Assembly: GCA_051251855.1 (NCBI GenBank)
Contig: JBPOGI010000006.1
Span: 1-64,000, forward strand
Reading direction: 5' to 3'
Length of the DNA stretch: 64,000 nucleotides
From: Roseibacillus sp.
Lineage (GTDB): Bacteria; Verrucomicrobiota; Verrucomicrobiia; Verrucomicrobiales; Akkermansiaceae
Positions 50,693 to 60,244 of the stretch are shown here, one piece after another; the stretch's first letter is position 1, and every line of letters starts with the position of its first letter. Below the pieces are notes generated by a model. The model searched no databases, was not told the origin of the DNA, and saw nothing but the letters and a program-made list of their open reading frames with translations. The position numbers were made by a program, and so were the translations under genes.

Positions 50693-52243
50693 ATGATTCT
50701 TTTGGTGATTCGTAACGAAGCAGAAGCAAGCCAGATGTTTGCTTGGGCAAGCCGCTTTGCGGAGGGCAGTCGTTCGTCGTTAGAAATTATCGTTGCAATG
50801 GACGGTAAGGAAGGCGGCACCGTCTCCAAGGAGGAACCAAAGGAAGCCTGGGTGCAGCGGATGCGCGATTCTCTGCCCGACTGGGCTCATCTCTCGTGGT
50901 GCCGCTCGAACAAGCGAATGGACCTTGTCTTGGAGTATCTCGCGAAAGGAGACACCGAATTGCTTGTCGTGGGCAAGCATGAGTCGTCTAACCGAGAAGA
51001 ACCTGATGCCATCTTTTCGCGAGACCTCTTTGAGCAAGCAGGTTGCCCTGTGTTGGTCATGCGCTTGGGAGAAGGAATGCCGGATAGCCGAGAGGTTTTG
51101 GTTCCCTGTTCGGGCGGGCGGCATTCGCGCCGAGCGCTCAAGCTCGCACAGGGTTTCGCGCCTGATCATGTGACAGCTCTTTTCGTCACGGTGGATGCCG
51201 ATGAGGTCTCCCACCTCGTGGGAGATCGGTTTTTGGGGAAGGCGATCGAGCGAGCCGATATTCCGGTTGAGAAAGTGAGGCGCAAGGTGGTTTTGAGCGG
51301 GAACGCCCGTGAGGGAATTCGTAAGGAAGTAGAACAGGGGAAATACGGTCTCGTGATTGTCGGGGCAGGGAGTCAGGGCAAGCTGCGGCGAAAGCTCTTC
51401 GGGATTGTGCCTTCGCGCTTCGTGGAAGCCGAGAAAGGTTTGGCGGTAGCGGTATTGCGCTCACCCAAGCCAGTGAGCCATCGTTTTCGGGAGTGGGTGG
51501 CTGGCCGCATCGCGCTAAGCGTACCTCAACTCTCCCGTGAAGACCGCATTGCCCTGATGGAGGAAATCGAGGGGAAAGCACGCTGGAACTTCGACTTTGC
51601 GGCCCTGATGGCAATGGCTACTATGATTGCTTCCTTGGGATTGTTATCTAATAGTGCAGCAGTGGTGATTGGTGCTATGCTAGTGGCTCCGTTAATGATG
51701 CCTCTCATTGGTAGTGGCCTCGCTCTTGTCCAAGGCAACTGGCCACTTTGGGCCCGGAGTATCAAGGCGGTTGCTCTTGGATTCTTGGCGGCCCTACTAA
51801 TTGGGCTGGCGACTGGATTCTTAGCAAAATGGACCGGCTTCTCGATGACTGATGAGTTGTGGGCACGAGGGAGGCCAACTTTGTTAGATTTAGGGATCGC
51901 CTTTGTCTCAGGGGTGGCGGCGTCTTATTGCCTGGCTCGGCCGAAGTTGAGCGGGGCCCTTGCTGGAGTAGCTATTGCAGCGGCGCTGGTCCCTCCGATC
52001 GCCACCGTTGGAATCGCCTTTGGTTTGGGGAAATACAGTACGGCCACCGGAGCAGCCCTCCTCTTTGGGACCAATGTCGTGACCGTTATTTTGGGCGCAG
52101 CGTTCAACTTCTGGCTTGCTGGTCTTCGCGGGCGGGGAGAAGGCGGAGAGTGGCGCCGACGTATCATTATTATTCTTACCCTCGCAATGGGTGGCTGCGC
52201 GATCCCGCTCACGCTTTATCTGCTAGAGAACCTTAAGAGTTGA
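50693..52243 (+). CDS. Universal-stress-domain plus DUF389 membrane protein
   Basis: Two USP-like domains (CPVLV, VLVPCSGG.HS), then VIGAMLVAPLM.P and GVAIAAALVPP. Confidence 0.85.
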   Translation: MILLVIRNEAEASQMFAWASRFAEGSRSSLEIIVAMDGKEGGTVSKEEPKEAWVQRMRDSLPDWAHLSWCRSNKRMDLVLEYLAKGDTELLVVGKHESSNREEPDAIFSRDLFEQAGCPVLVMRLGEGMPDSREVLVPCSGGRHSRRALKLAQGFAPDHVTALFVTVDADEVSHLVGDRFLGKAIERADIPVEKVRRKVVLSGNAREGIRKEVEQGKYGLVIVGAGSQGKLRRKLFGIVPSRFVEAEKGLAVAVLRSPKPVSHRFREWVAGRIALSVPQLSREDRIALMEEIEGKARWNFDFAALMAMATMIASLGLLSNSAAVVIGAMLVAPLMMPLIGSGLALVQGNWPLWARSIKAVALGFLAALLIGLATGFLAKWTGFSMTDELWARGRPTLLDLGIAFVSGVAASYCLARPKLSGALAGVAIAAALVPPIATVGIAFGLGKYSTATGAALLFGTNVVTVILGAAFNFWLAGLRGRGEGGEWRRRIIIILTLAMGGCAIPLTLYLLENLKS

Positions 52244-52276
52244 ACTCGATGACTCTGGGGCACTTCTACTCCTGAA

Positions 52277-53059
52277 TCAAAACACTTTCACGAGGCTCGC
52301 CACTAAACCTATCAAGCCCCCACAGACTCCACCCCAAACCACCAACCACCCCAGATGCTGGCGAATCATTTGCTGGATAATTTCCTTCACCAGCTGAGGT
52401 GTTAATTCTTCCAGACGCTTCTCAACAATAACACTCACTCGATCCAACAGCTCTGAATGGTCCGCACCACTGCCGCCTCCGGTCATGAGCGCTTGCAGTT
52501 TCTCCTGAAAGTCATCTGAAGAGACGATGTTCTTCACTGACCCTCGCATTTCTTCCACGAAGTCAGGCTTAATGGGATCCAGTGCCGTGGCTCCTCCAAA
52601 CATGGAAAGCGTGGCTCCGAATTGCGAATTCATCACCGCCGTCTTCAAAGCCTCAAACGAAGGATCGAGATTCACTGAATCAATAAGAGGGGACAAATCA
52701 ACTCCGGCCTTCCCGCCTCCATCCGGACCCTCAAAAAAACGCGCCACATTCTCCTGCGTGAAAAATTGCTGCATGATGAGCTGGTGAATCCCTACCTTAA
52801 ATTCCTCAAAGCGAGCCGGAATCACCCCAGAGCCGTAGAATCCAGGCACCTTCTCAAAGAGCATATGAATTGCCAACCAGTTCGTTAGCGCCCCCGAGAA
52901 CGCAAATAATCCAATATTCAAAACCGGTCCGCGCTGAGGCTCAGGCAAAAAGAGGCCAACAACTGTCAGTAGAATCGCAATGAGGTTTGTGACCGAGCTT
53001 TTGTTGAAGAGTCGGCCTCTCTCTACTGTAGATTTGGAAGAAGAGTTGTTTGTAATCAC
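52277..53059 (-). CDS. DUF445-family membrane protein
   Basis: GALTNWLAIHMLF, HLGWLVVWGGV.GGLIG. Confidence 0.85.
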   Translation of the reverse strand: MITNNSSSKSTVERGRLFNKSSVTNLIAILLTVVGLFLPEPQRGPVLNIGLFAFSGALTNWLAIHMLFEKVPGFYGSGVIPARFEEFKVGIHQLIMQQFFTQENVARFFEGPDGGGKAGVDLSPLIDSVNLDPSFEALKTAVMNSQFGATLSMFGGATALDPIKPDFVEEMRGSVKNIVSSDDFQEKLQALMTGGGSGADHSELLDRVSVIVEKRLEELTPQLVKEIIQQMIRQHLGWLVVWGGVCGGLIGLVASLVKVF

Positions 53060-53439
53060 GTCGCTTTAAGAATCAGGTAAGCTCTTCCTGGGGAACTGTC
53101 ACGGCTTCATTAGATTCAAATTTAAGAGAAGGCTCTCTTTGGGCGAATAAGAAATTCAGTTTTCTTGGAAACCTTCGATGTCTTCAATGAGATGTCCGGG
53201 AATACCGGTGATCATGATGGGGCCAGCCTTTGCTTTTTCTTTGTCGGTGGTGGGATCGGCTTGAACTTTGGATTCGCGATTAAGAATCCTCGAGATACAA
53301 GGGGCGTTGGACTCTTCCTTTCGCTGGTTGCAGAGCGGAGAGAATCACTTGTGCGGGCCTTCTTTGCCAAGTTGGTTTCCAAAGTGTGAAGTGAATCAAC
53401 GCTCTCCAAAGGATAGGGCTGTGGTCGGAGGGCTTAGAG

Positions 53440-55149
53440 CTAATCGGCGACTGCGATGCGAAGCAGAGCTCCGGGAACGGTGGTAGGATTGGGTCCGGGT
53501 AGGGTGGCGGTGGAATTAGCCGAGAGCACGGGTGAACCGAAGTCAATGAACTGGTAATTCGTCTCATCGAGAATTTGCAGTTGTAGGGAGAGGCCGTTGG
53601 GGACTTCGCTGATGCTGACCGTTGAGGTATTTGCGGTGACCGTGATGCAGGGGGCCGGCAGGGTGGTTGGGGAAACTGTGGCGGAGATTCCGGCGTCGAA
53701 GAGGGTGAGAACGCGCTCAATGAAATTGTTCTCTTGGATGGTGAAGGTGAAAATGGCGTCGCCATTGTCGTCCAGTTCGGGCCCGAGGTTGACGGGGAGG
53801 ATGATGGTGCCGCTTGGGTGAGAATCACCGAGGTTGGCTAACAAAGTGAGACCGGTCTCAGGATGATAGTGGTAGGGATAATTGATGCTGTTAGAACCGA
53901 GTGCTTGAAAGGCGACGGTCCCGTTGGCGGAGACGTCTTGGAGAGCGATCTCGTCGAGAGTGACCGTGGGGCTTGCGTCTGGGAGGATTTCGTCGCCGAC
54001 GAGAAGGACTTCGGGGCTGCTGTTAGGAGTCCAACGAATGAGAGCGGCACGGTCACTTGTTTCGGGATTTATGATGACGGGGCCACTCACGTAGACCGTT
54101 TCATCGTCCGCGAGGAGAAAAGTGGTGTCGCCCAAGACTCCAAAACTTTCACCGACAAAGGTGGCCGTCTGGTTTGCTAAAGCTCCGCCTGTTAGGATTT
54201 CGTTTTCTCGGATGACTGTTTGCTTGGGGGCTCCACTTGACTGCTGGAAGAAGACACCGTTGCCGAAAGTGGTTTCCTCATTGATGGTGGAGAAAAATGC
54301 AATTGAGCGGAAAGCATTGAGTTGAAAATCGGTGCCGATAGTTCCAAAGACCCCATCAAATGAAGCACTCGAAGTTGGAGCGGATTCTCCTCGCAGAGCT
54401 CGGTTGATGAGAGTGTTGTCACCCACGATGTCGAAGATGCCGGTGGTGAGAAGGCTGGGAGAAGGTTGGCGATAAAGAGCGCCGAGCACGAGTTCGCCTG
54501 AGTCGGTGGCGTCGACGAATCGATTCTGACGAAGAATGTCGCCTCCCGTAATCTCGAAGGGTCTGATGGTGGAGAGACTTTGGCCGATGCCCTCTTGAAA
54601 AATAATCTCCTCGTCCCTCATTGCGGTGAGAGTGACGCTTCCTGTCTGGGAAATACTAACTGGTTTGAGAAAGTCCTCGAATTCGTCGGAACTTCCATCG
54701 GGATAGGGCTTTCCTTCTCGCGCAACGAGTCTCAGTCCTGAGTTTGTATCCCAGGCGAGAACGGTTTTGGGGTCAGAAGTTCCTTGCAGAATATTGGTGA
54801 GTGCGATGTCGCCCTCTTGGCCTAAAATCGGTGCCAATTCGCCGGTGAAGCTCAGTGTTCCGAGAGTGCCCAGTCCATCCGGTGAAGTTTCACCTTCGGT
54901 GATGGCGAGGGTGAGATTGCCTGCGGCATCCGAGACGAAGAGAAACTCATCTTCGGTACTCGGAAGGTCAGAGAGGAACGCGTGGTTCACGAAGAGGAAG
55001 TGTCCATCTCCATTGGCATCGATCATGGTGAATTCGCCGAAAGTGATGTTCTCGTTCGGAAGGGTGAGAGAAGTGCGAGCGATATCGATTCTTTGACCCA
55101 TGAGACAGCCGGATAAGGCAAGGAGGAGAAGATATTTGGTGAGGGCCAT
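53440..55149 (-). CDS. Secreted protein with NxxGxxAF-like beta-propeller repeats
   Basis: Signal peptide; repeats such as LNAFRSIAFF, SANGTVAFQA, DDNGDAIFT, AREG.P.PDG. Confidence 0.7.
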   Translation of the reverse strand: MALTKYLLLLALSGCLMGQRIDIARTSLTLPNENITFGEFTMIDANGDGHFLFVNHAFLSDLPSTEDEFLFVSDAAGNLTLAITEGETSPDGLGTLGTLSFTGELAPILGQEGDIALTNILQGTSDPKTVLAWDTNSGLRLVAREGKPYPDGSSDEFEDFLKPVSISQTGSVTLTAMRDEEIIFQEGIGQSLSTIRPFEITGGDILRQNRFVDATDSGELVLGALYRQPSPSLLTTGIFDIVGDNTLINRALRGESAPTSSASFDGVFGTIGTDFQLNAFRSIAFFSTINEETTFGNGVFFQQSSGAPKQTVIRENEILTGGALANQTATFVGESFGVLGDTTFLLADDETVYVSGPVIINPETSDRAALIRWTPNSSPEVLLVGDEILPDASPTVTLDEIALQDVSANGTVAFQALGSNSINYPYHYHPETGLTLLANLGDSHPSGTIILPVNLGPELDDNGDAIFTFTIQENNFIERVLTLFDAGISATVSPTTLPAPCITVTANTSTVSISEVPNGLSLQLQILDETNYQFIDFGSPVLSANSTATLPGPNPTTVPGALLRIAVAD

Positions 55150-55226
55150 GGCGGGATGATAAGAGGGTCACTGTTGGGTGTCAAAGGGGGCCTTGAAAAC
55201 GTGGTAGTAGGGAACGGTTCGGTGGG

Positions 55227-55319
55227 GCCGGTTGCAAACCGGCGCTCCCAGTGGAGCAAGGACATTTCTGTCCTTAAGTAGGACCGACCGTAGTTCAGGG
55301 ACAGGAATGTCCCTGCTCC
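55227..55319. repeat. REP cluster (two families adjacent)
   Basis: GCCGGTTGCAAACCGGCGCTCCC (55227-55249) next to an inverted GGAGCAAGGACAT...ATGTCCCTGCTCC doublet (55253-55319). Confidence 0.7.
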
Positions 55320-55389
55320 CTTATTGTCCGATGGGGGCGAGGAGTTGGGAGAAGGGGATCGAAGGCTAGAGAGAATATCGGAAGTTCGC

Positions 55390-56442
55390 CTACTCTGGCG
55401 TGCGAACGATACGATAATTCTGAGAAGGAAGGACAGCTGCGGTGGGGTAGATTTGAGTCGTTCCATCTCCGGGAAATGCAATGCCTTCATCAAGCCAAGT
55501 TTCTAGGTCTTCAGCGGCTTGCATCTGATAGGATTGCCCGAATTCAGTGGGAATGGAAATGAGGTTTCGAGGTGGCTCAGGGTTGATGGTAAGAGTAGGA
55601 ACGGGGACGTCAGTCGCGGCAGTCAGGGTAATGAGATATTGCGCATCTTCGCGGAGGTCAGAACCGCGAAGGGATTCTAGGACCCAGCGTTGGGAGGAAG
55701 TGTCGTAGCGAGACTGAACGCGGGTAAAATGGTCTTGAAGATCGTCATTCTGACGTTCGTGAGCGACTAGGAGAAGAGCCTCGGGGTTTCCATTGAGGCT
55801 AGGATGGTCTAGCGGGCTTGTGAGAGAGTCCGTTGAAACGGTGTGGCGGTAGGTATTCGAATCTGCAGTACGAACGAGAATATTAAAGCGGGCATTGTTG
55901 GGGATCCGCGTAAACTCATCGAAATTATTAACGGCATCGATGAACCACTTACCAGCAGTGCTGTCGTAGCCTATTGTGTTTACAAAGATTGGGTTGTAAA
56001 CACCGTTGGTGCCCCAGTTCTGAGTGAGGAACGGAAAGGCGTTGGGAGAATTATTTAAAGAAGGATGGTCAATGTAGCTGATGCGAAAAGAAGTCTGCTC
56101 GCTATGAAGGTGGGTATGAGTAAAAGCGGTATCTCCGGCTTCTGCGACATAGATTGAAAACTCAAAACGAGGAGGGAGGATTTGCCTGTCTTCCCGAAAG
56201 ATGGCCCATTGAGGGGAGGGATACCAAAGGCCGTAACTGATATTATTATGTTTGTCGGAAAGGGCGCTCTGAGAAGGACTGATGAAGATTTTGGACCCGC
56301 TATTGGGGGTAAGATGTGCTGCGAGACGGGTTGAGTTACTCGGGTTACTTGTCTCTGTTGAGCGGTGAAGAAACCACTCTGCGTGAGCAAAGTGTGGGAA
56401 GAGAATCAATAGGCTAAATACAGAGACAAGTGTCGGTTTCAT
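55390..56442 (-). CDS. Secreted repeat protein (DUF7452-like)
   Basis: Signal peptide (AHA); repeated IDHPSLNNSPNA / LDHPSLNGNPEA units; C-terminal YQMQAAEDLETW...YRIV. Confidence 0.65.
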   Translation of the reverse strand: MKPTLVSVFSLLILFPHFAHAEWFLHRSTETSNPSNSTRLAAHLTPNSGSKIFISPSQSALSDKHNNISYGLWYPSPQWAIFREDRQILPPRFEFSIYVAEAGDTAFTHTHLHSEQTSFRISYIDHPSLNNSPNAFPFLTQNWGTNGVYNPIFVNTIGYDSTAGKWFIDAVNNFDEFTRIPNNARFNILVRTADSNTYRHTVSTDSLTSPLDHPSLNGNPEALLLVAHERQNDDLQDHFTRVQSRYDTSSQRWVLESLRGSDLREDAQYLITLTAATDVPVPTLTINPEPPRNLISIPTEFGQSYQMQAAEDLETWLDEGIAFPGDGTTQIYPTAAVLPSQNYRIVRTPE

Positions 56443-56637
56443 GGTGCTTTTTCTGTTAGAAACGCGAGAGTGAAAAACTTTCTCAATCCACTGAATTGAA
56501 GGCGATAAAGATTTTGTGCGCGCTAAATATGCAATCCCTATCATTCATGCGATGGTAGCTCCGTCAATAACTATCAATTCCCACTCCTTGCAGAACGAAA
56601 AAGATGAGATGAGACTGTTGGCGTTTCGTTACCTGCC

Positions 56638-59334
56638 CTAACTGCCGATGGGGGCGAGGAGTTGGGAGAGGGTTTCGGAGTCGGGGACGCCTTGGCTGGC
56701 GGCGGAGAGGATGGAGTCGGCGAGGAGGGCCTTCTGTTGTTGCAGGCGGTGAATGCGGTCTTCGACGGTGTTGGCGCAAAGGAGTTTGTGCACGAAGACG
56801 GGCTTGGTCTGGCCGATGCGGTAGGCGCGGTCGGTGGCCTGGGCTTCGGCGGCGGGGTTCCACCAGGGGTCGTAGTGGATGACGGTGTCGGCGGCGGTGA
56901 GGTTGAGTCCTGTGCCGCCGGCTTTGAGGGAGATGAGAAAGATGGGGATTTCGTTTTCCTGGAACCTTTTGACGAGGCCGCCGCGGTCTTGGGAGGAGCC
57001 GGTGAGCTTGAGGTAGGGGGTCTTGCGGGCGATGAGCTCGTTCTCGATGAGTTGGAGCATCGAGGTGAATTGCGAGAAGAGGAGGACGCGGCGTTTTTCG
57101 GCGAAAAGGATATCTAACAGCTCCATGAGGTAATCGAGTTTCGCGGACTTGGGCTGCTTGGGAACTTGGTCGGGGGGGAGGAAGTCGGTGTTGCTGACGA
57201 GGTCGGGGTGGCAGCAGATTTGGCGCAGCTTGAGAAGGGCGTCGAGGATGGTGATTTGTGATTGCGAGATCCCGCGCTCGGCGATGGCATCGCGCACGCG
57301 CTTGTCCATGGTGACGCGGACGGATTCGTAGAGGTCCTTTTGGACGGTGGTGAGTTCGATGGGGTGAACGAGGATGGTCTTGGGAGGGAGGTCTTTGGCG
57401 ACTTCGTCTTTGGTGCGGCGCAGAATGAGGGGAGAGAGGCGGGCACGCAGGGCGTCGCGGCGTTCGATGTTTTCTTCTTTTTCGATGGGGTTTTGGTAGC
57501 GGGTGCGGAAAGCGCTGAGGTCACCGAGAAACCCGGGGATGAGGAAGTGGAAAAGGGACCAGAGTTCGGTAAGGTTGTTTTCGACGGGAGTGCCGCTGAG
57601 GCAGAGTCGGTGTTGTGCTTTGAGTTCGCGGGCGGCGATGCTGACTTTAGCCTGGGGGTTTTTGATGAGCTGGGCTTCGTCGAGGATAGCGAATTTGAAG
57701 GTGTGCTTCTTGAGTTTTTCAATATCGCGCTGGAGGAGGGCGAATGAAGTGATGACTATATCGGCGTGGGGAATGGAGGGGTAGGCTTTGGCGCGCTTGG
57801 AGCCGGAGAGGGTGAGGACCTTGAGGCTGGGGGCGAACTTTTTGGCTTCGGCAGCCCAGTTGGGGACCACCGAGGTGGGGGCGATGACGAGAGAGGGGGT
57901 GGTTTCGCTGCCTTTGCTGGCGAGAAGAAGGGCAAGGGTCTGGATGGTTTTACCAAGGCCCATATCGTCGGCGAGGATGCCGTGGAGGTCGTTCTCTGCA
58001 AGAGTGGCCATCCATTCGTAGCCGATTTGTTGGTAGGGGCGGAGGTCGGCTTGCAGGCCTTCGGGTTTTTCCTTCTTGGCTGTTTCTTTTTGTTCGGAGA
58101 GGTTTTTGCGGAGTTTCTTGAGAGCGGGGCTGGTGGTCTTGATGTCGAACTCCTCGGCGATGGCTGCGGCGTCGACGGGATGGAGCGGGAAGTCGGGGTC
58201 GAGGACGACGGAAAGGTGGTTGAGGATTTGGCGCAGGCGGTCGACGGGAAGGTGGAGGGCGGCTCCGTTGGGGAGGTAGACGAGGTGTTTGTCGGTGGGA
58301 GCTTTGGTGGCGAGTTGGTCGACAATATCGCTTTCTAACAGCTTGAGAAGGATGGGGAGAAGGTCGAAGGATTCACCATCGACATCGAAGCCGACACTGA
58401 GGGTGAACCAGCCGCCTGGGACTTCGTCGAGGCGGGCATCGAGGTCGCTACTAGAAACGTCGTAGAGGTGGTGGCCGAAGTCTTCATCGACGGTGACGGT
58501 CCAGCCGGCGGCTTCGAGCTTGGGGATGGCGGTGGCACGGAACCAAGGCCAGTAGAGGTCGGGGGTGCTGTGGTAGGGCTCGGGGAAAAAGGCGGATGCT
58601 TCGTCGGGGAGTTGGCCGTCTTTTTGGCCTTTGGCCGCCATCCCGAGCATGAAGCGGAAGGAGGGTTGCGCGGCGATGGAGGTGAGTCCAAGTTTGGTGA
58701 GTTGTTCGAGGGCGCGGCGTTCGAGAGCGAGGTCGCGGGGGAAGGGAGTTTCGTGGGGGAGCTGGGAGAGTGGGGATTCGTTGGGGCCGTATTGGAGGGT
58801 GGGGCGGGCGACGAGCCAGATTTCGCGGTCTTGTTGGCGGAGGGCTTGGAGGAGAAGGCGGGTGACTTTGGAGGCGACGGGCTCGGGGGTGAGGTGGAGG
58901 TGGAAGGTGGGTTTGTGTGGGGTGTTGGACGGGATTTGATCGGGCTGTGTTTGATCAGGCAATGGGGCCGGTCGCAGACCAGCGCTCCCAGTGTCGGGTT
59001 CGGTGGGGGCAGTTTCGCGGAGGAGGCGGGTGAAGGTGTTGGGTTTGGCGGTGAGAAAGAGGACGGCGGCGGCGTGGGGGCAGTTGTGGGCGTGGTCGCA
59101 GCTGCAGGCGGTGTCGAAGTCCCATTGGTTGTTGCCCTCAGGCCAGAGGTTGACTTCGACTTGTTGCTCCTCGCTGGTGGCGGTGAGTTGGACGGAGCCG
59201 TCTTCGGTTTCGTCGAGAGCGAGGTCGGGGAGGAGGGGTTTTTTAGCGAGCTTTTTGCCCATCACAAGGACGTGCTCGTCGAAGCGGTGAAGCCACGATT
59301 GCTCGGCGAGAAAGGGTTGGAGGGATTCGGGCAA
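56638..59334 (-). CDS. SWIM-finger SNF2-family helicase
   Basis: CSC..CPH SWIM; LRPYQ, LADDMGLGKT, LDEAQ, LSGTPVEN, GGTGLNL, QATDRAYRIGQ. Confidence 0.95.
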   Translation of the reverse strand: MPESLQPFLAEQSWLHRFDEHVLVMGKKLAKKPLLPDLALDETEDGSVQLTATSEEQQVEVNLWPEGNNQWDFDTACSCDHAHNCPHAAAVLFLTAKPNTFTRLLRETAPTEPDTGSAGLRPAPLPDQTQPDQIPSNTPHKPTFHLHLTPEPVASKVTRLLLQALRQQDREIWLVARPTLQYGPNESPLSQLPHETPFPRDLALERRALEQLTKLGLTSIAAQPSFRFMLGMAAKGQKDGQLPDEASAFFPEPYHSTPDLYWPWFRATAIPKLEAAGWTVTVDEDFGHHLYDVSSSDLDARLDEVPGGWFTLSVGFDVDGESFDLLPILLKLLESDIVDQLATKAPTDKHLVYLPNGAALHLPVDRLRQILNHLSVVLDPDFPLHPVDAAAIAEEFDIKTTSPALKKLRKNLSEQKETAKKEKPEGLQADLRPYQQIGYEWMATLAENDLHGILADDMGLGKTIQTLALLLASKGSETTPSLVIAPTSVVPNWAAEAKKFAPSLKVLTLSGSKRAKAYPSIPHADIVITSFALLQRDIEKLKKHTFKFAILDEAQLIKNPQAKVSIAARELKAQHRLCLSGTPVENNLTELWSLFHFLIPGFLGDLSAFRTRYQNPIEKEENIERRDALRARLSPLILRRTKDEVAKDLPPKTILVHPIELTTVQKDLYESVRVTMDKRVRDAIAERGISQSQITILDALLKLRQICCHPDLVSNTDFLPPDQVPKQPKSAKLDYLMELLDILFAEKRRVLLFSQFTSMLQLIENELIARKTPYLKLTGSSQDRGGLVKRFQENEIPIFLISLKAGGTGLNLTAADTVIHYDPWWNPAAEAQATDRAYRIGQTKPVFVHKLLCANTVEDRIHRLQQQKALLADSILSAASQGVPDSETLSQLLAPIGS

Positions 59335-59385
59335 GGGAGAGGATTTGAACCGCTAAGGCGCAAAGACGCGAAGGTTTTTGGTGTT

Positions 59386-60012
59386 TTAAGTTTGGTTTCG
59401 GGATTGAAGGGCTGCGACTTGGGCTTCGAGGGTAGCGAGGCGGGCTTCCATTTCTTGTTTCCAGTCGTTGTCTTCGGGGGAGGATTCTTCGCTTTCGTTG
59501 CTGGTGTCGTCTTCGGCGAGGAGGTGGCGGAAGGTTTCGACGCGGCGTCCTGCGCCGGAGGGGATGCGCTCGACGAGGGGGCCATGGGGGTAGTCGATGA
59601 AGGTGGTGAGGATTTCTTCGATTTGGTCGAGGGAGTCGAAGTTGTAAAGTCGTTCGGTGCGGGTCTTGAGTTCGCCGGTAGTTTGGGTTCCACGAAGGAG
59701 AAGGACGGTGAGGACGGCCCGCTCTTGGTCGGTGAGGTCGAGGACGTCGGTGAGTTCGTGTTCGTATTTGGGCGAGCGACCGCCAAGAACTTTGGTGACG
59801 AGGTAGTCTTCGGAGAGGAGGCGGATGGCTTCGGAGACGTCGTCAGCGGTATAGTTGGTGACGGGGTGACGGGAGGAGCTTTGGTTGCAGGCAGTGAGGA
59901 GGCTGTTGAGGGTGAGGGGGTAGAGGTCTGGGGTGGTGACTTGTTTTTCTAACAGGCAACCGAGGACTCGGGCGGAGACGGGGGTGAGTTGAAGTTCGGG
60001 GAAGTGTTTCAT
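59386..60012 (-). CDS. YceH/DUF480-family protein
   Basis: RVLGCLLEK..TTPD.YPLTLNSL..ACNQ, LLLRG.QT.GEL..R; ATG at 60012. Confidence 0.9.
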   Translation of the reverse strand: MKHFPELQLTPVSARVLGCLLEKQVTTPDLYPLTLNSLLTACNQSSSRHPVTNYTADDVSEAIRLLSEDYLVTKVLGGRSPKYEHELTDVLDLTDQERAVLTVLLLRGTQTTGELKTRTERLYNFDSLDQIEEILTTFIDYPHGPLVERIPSGAGRRVETFRHLLAEDDTSNESEESSPEDNDWKQEMEARLATLEAQVAALQSRNQT

Positions 60013-60084
60013 GGGAAAGTGGTTGAAGGGAGGTTGAACCACGAAGGGCACGAAGACCACGAAGTTTTGATCGGGTAGCATTTT

Positions 60085-60240
60085 TTCGACGCAGAGCCGC
60101 AGAGAGCACAAAGTTGTCGCAGAGACTATAATTTGAGTTTGTTAAAGAGGCATAGAGGTCTCGCTTTGTTTCAAATCTCTTTTTTATCCTAAAGGAAAGT
60201 CTCTGCGTTCACTCCGCGTTGTCTGCGACTCTGCGTTGAA
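60085..60240. repeat. 43-bp imperfect inverted repeat built from CGCAGAG units
   Basis: 60085-60127 is the approximate reverse complement of 60198-60240. Confidence 0.65.
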
Positions 60241-60244
60241 GGTT

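Noticed and set aside
53100..53420. Short ORF fragments between the DUF445 gene and the secreted protein gene
   Set aside because: No frame gives a recognisable product; it may be a remnant but this is unsupported.
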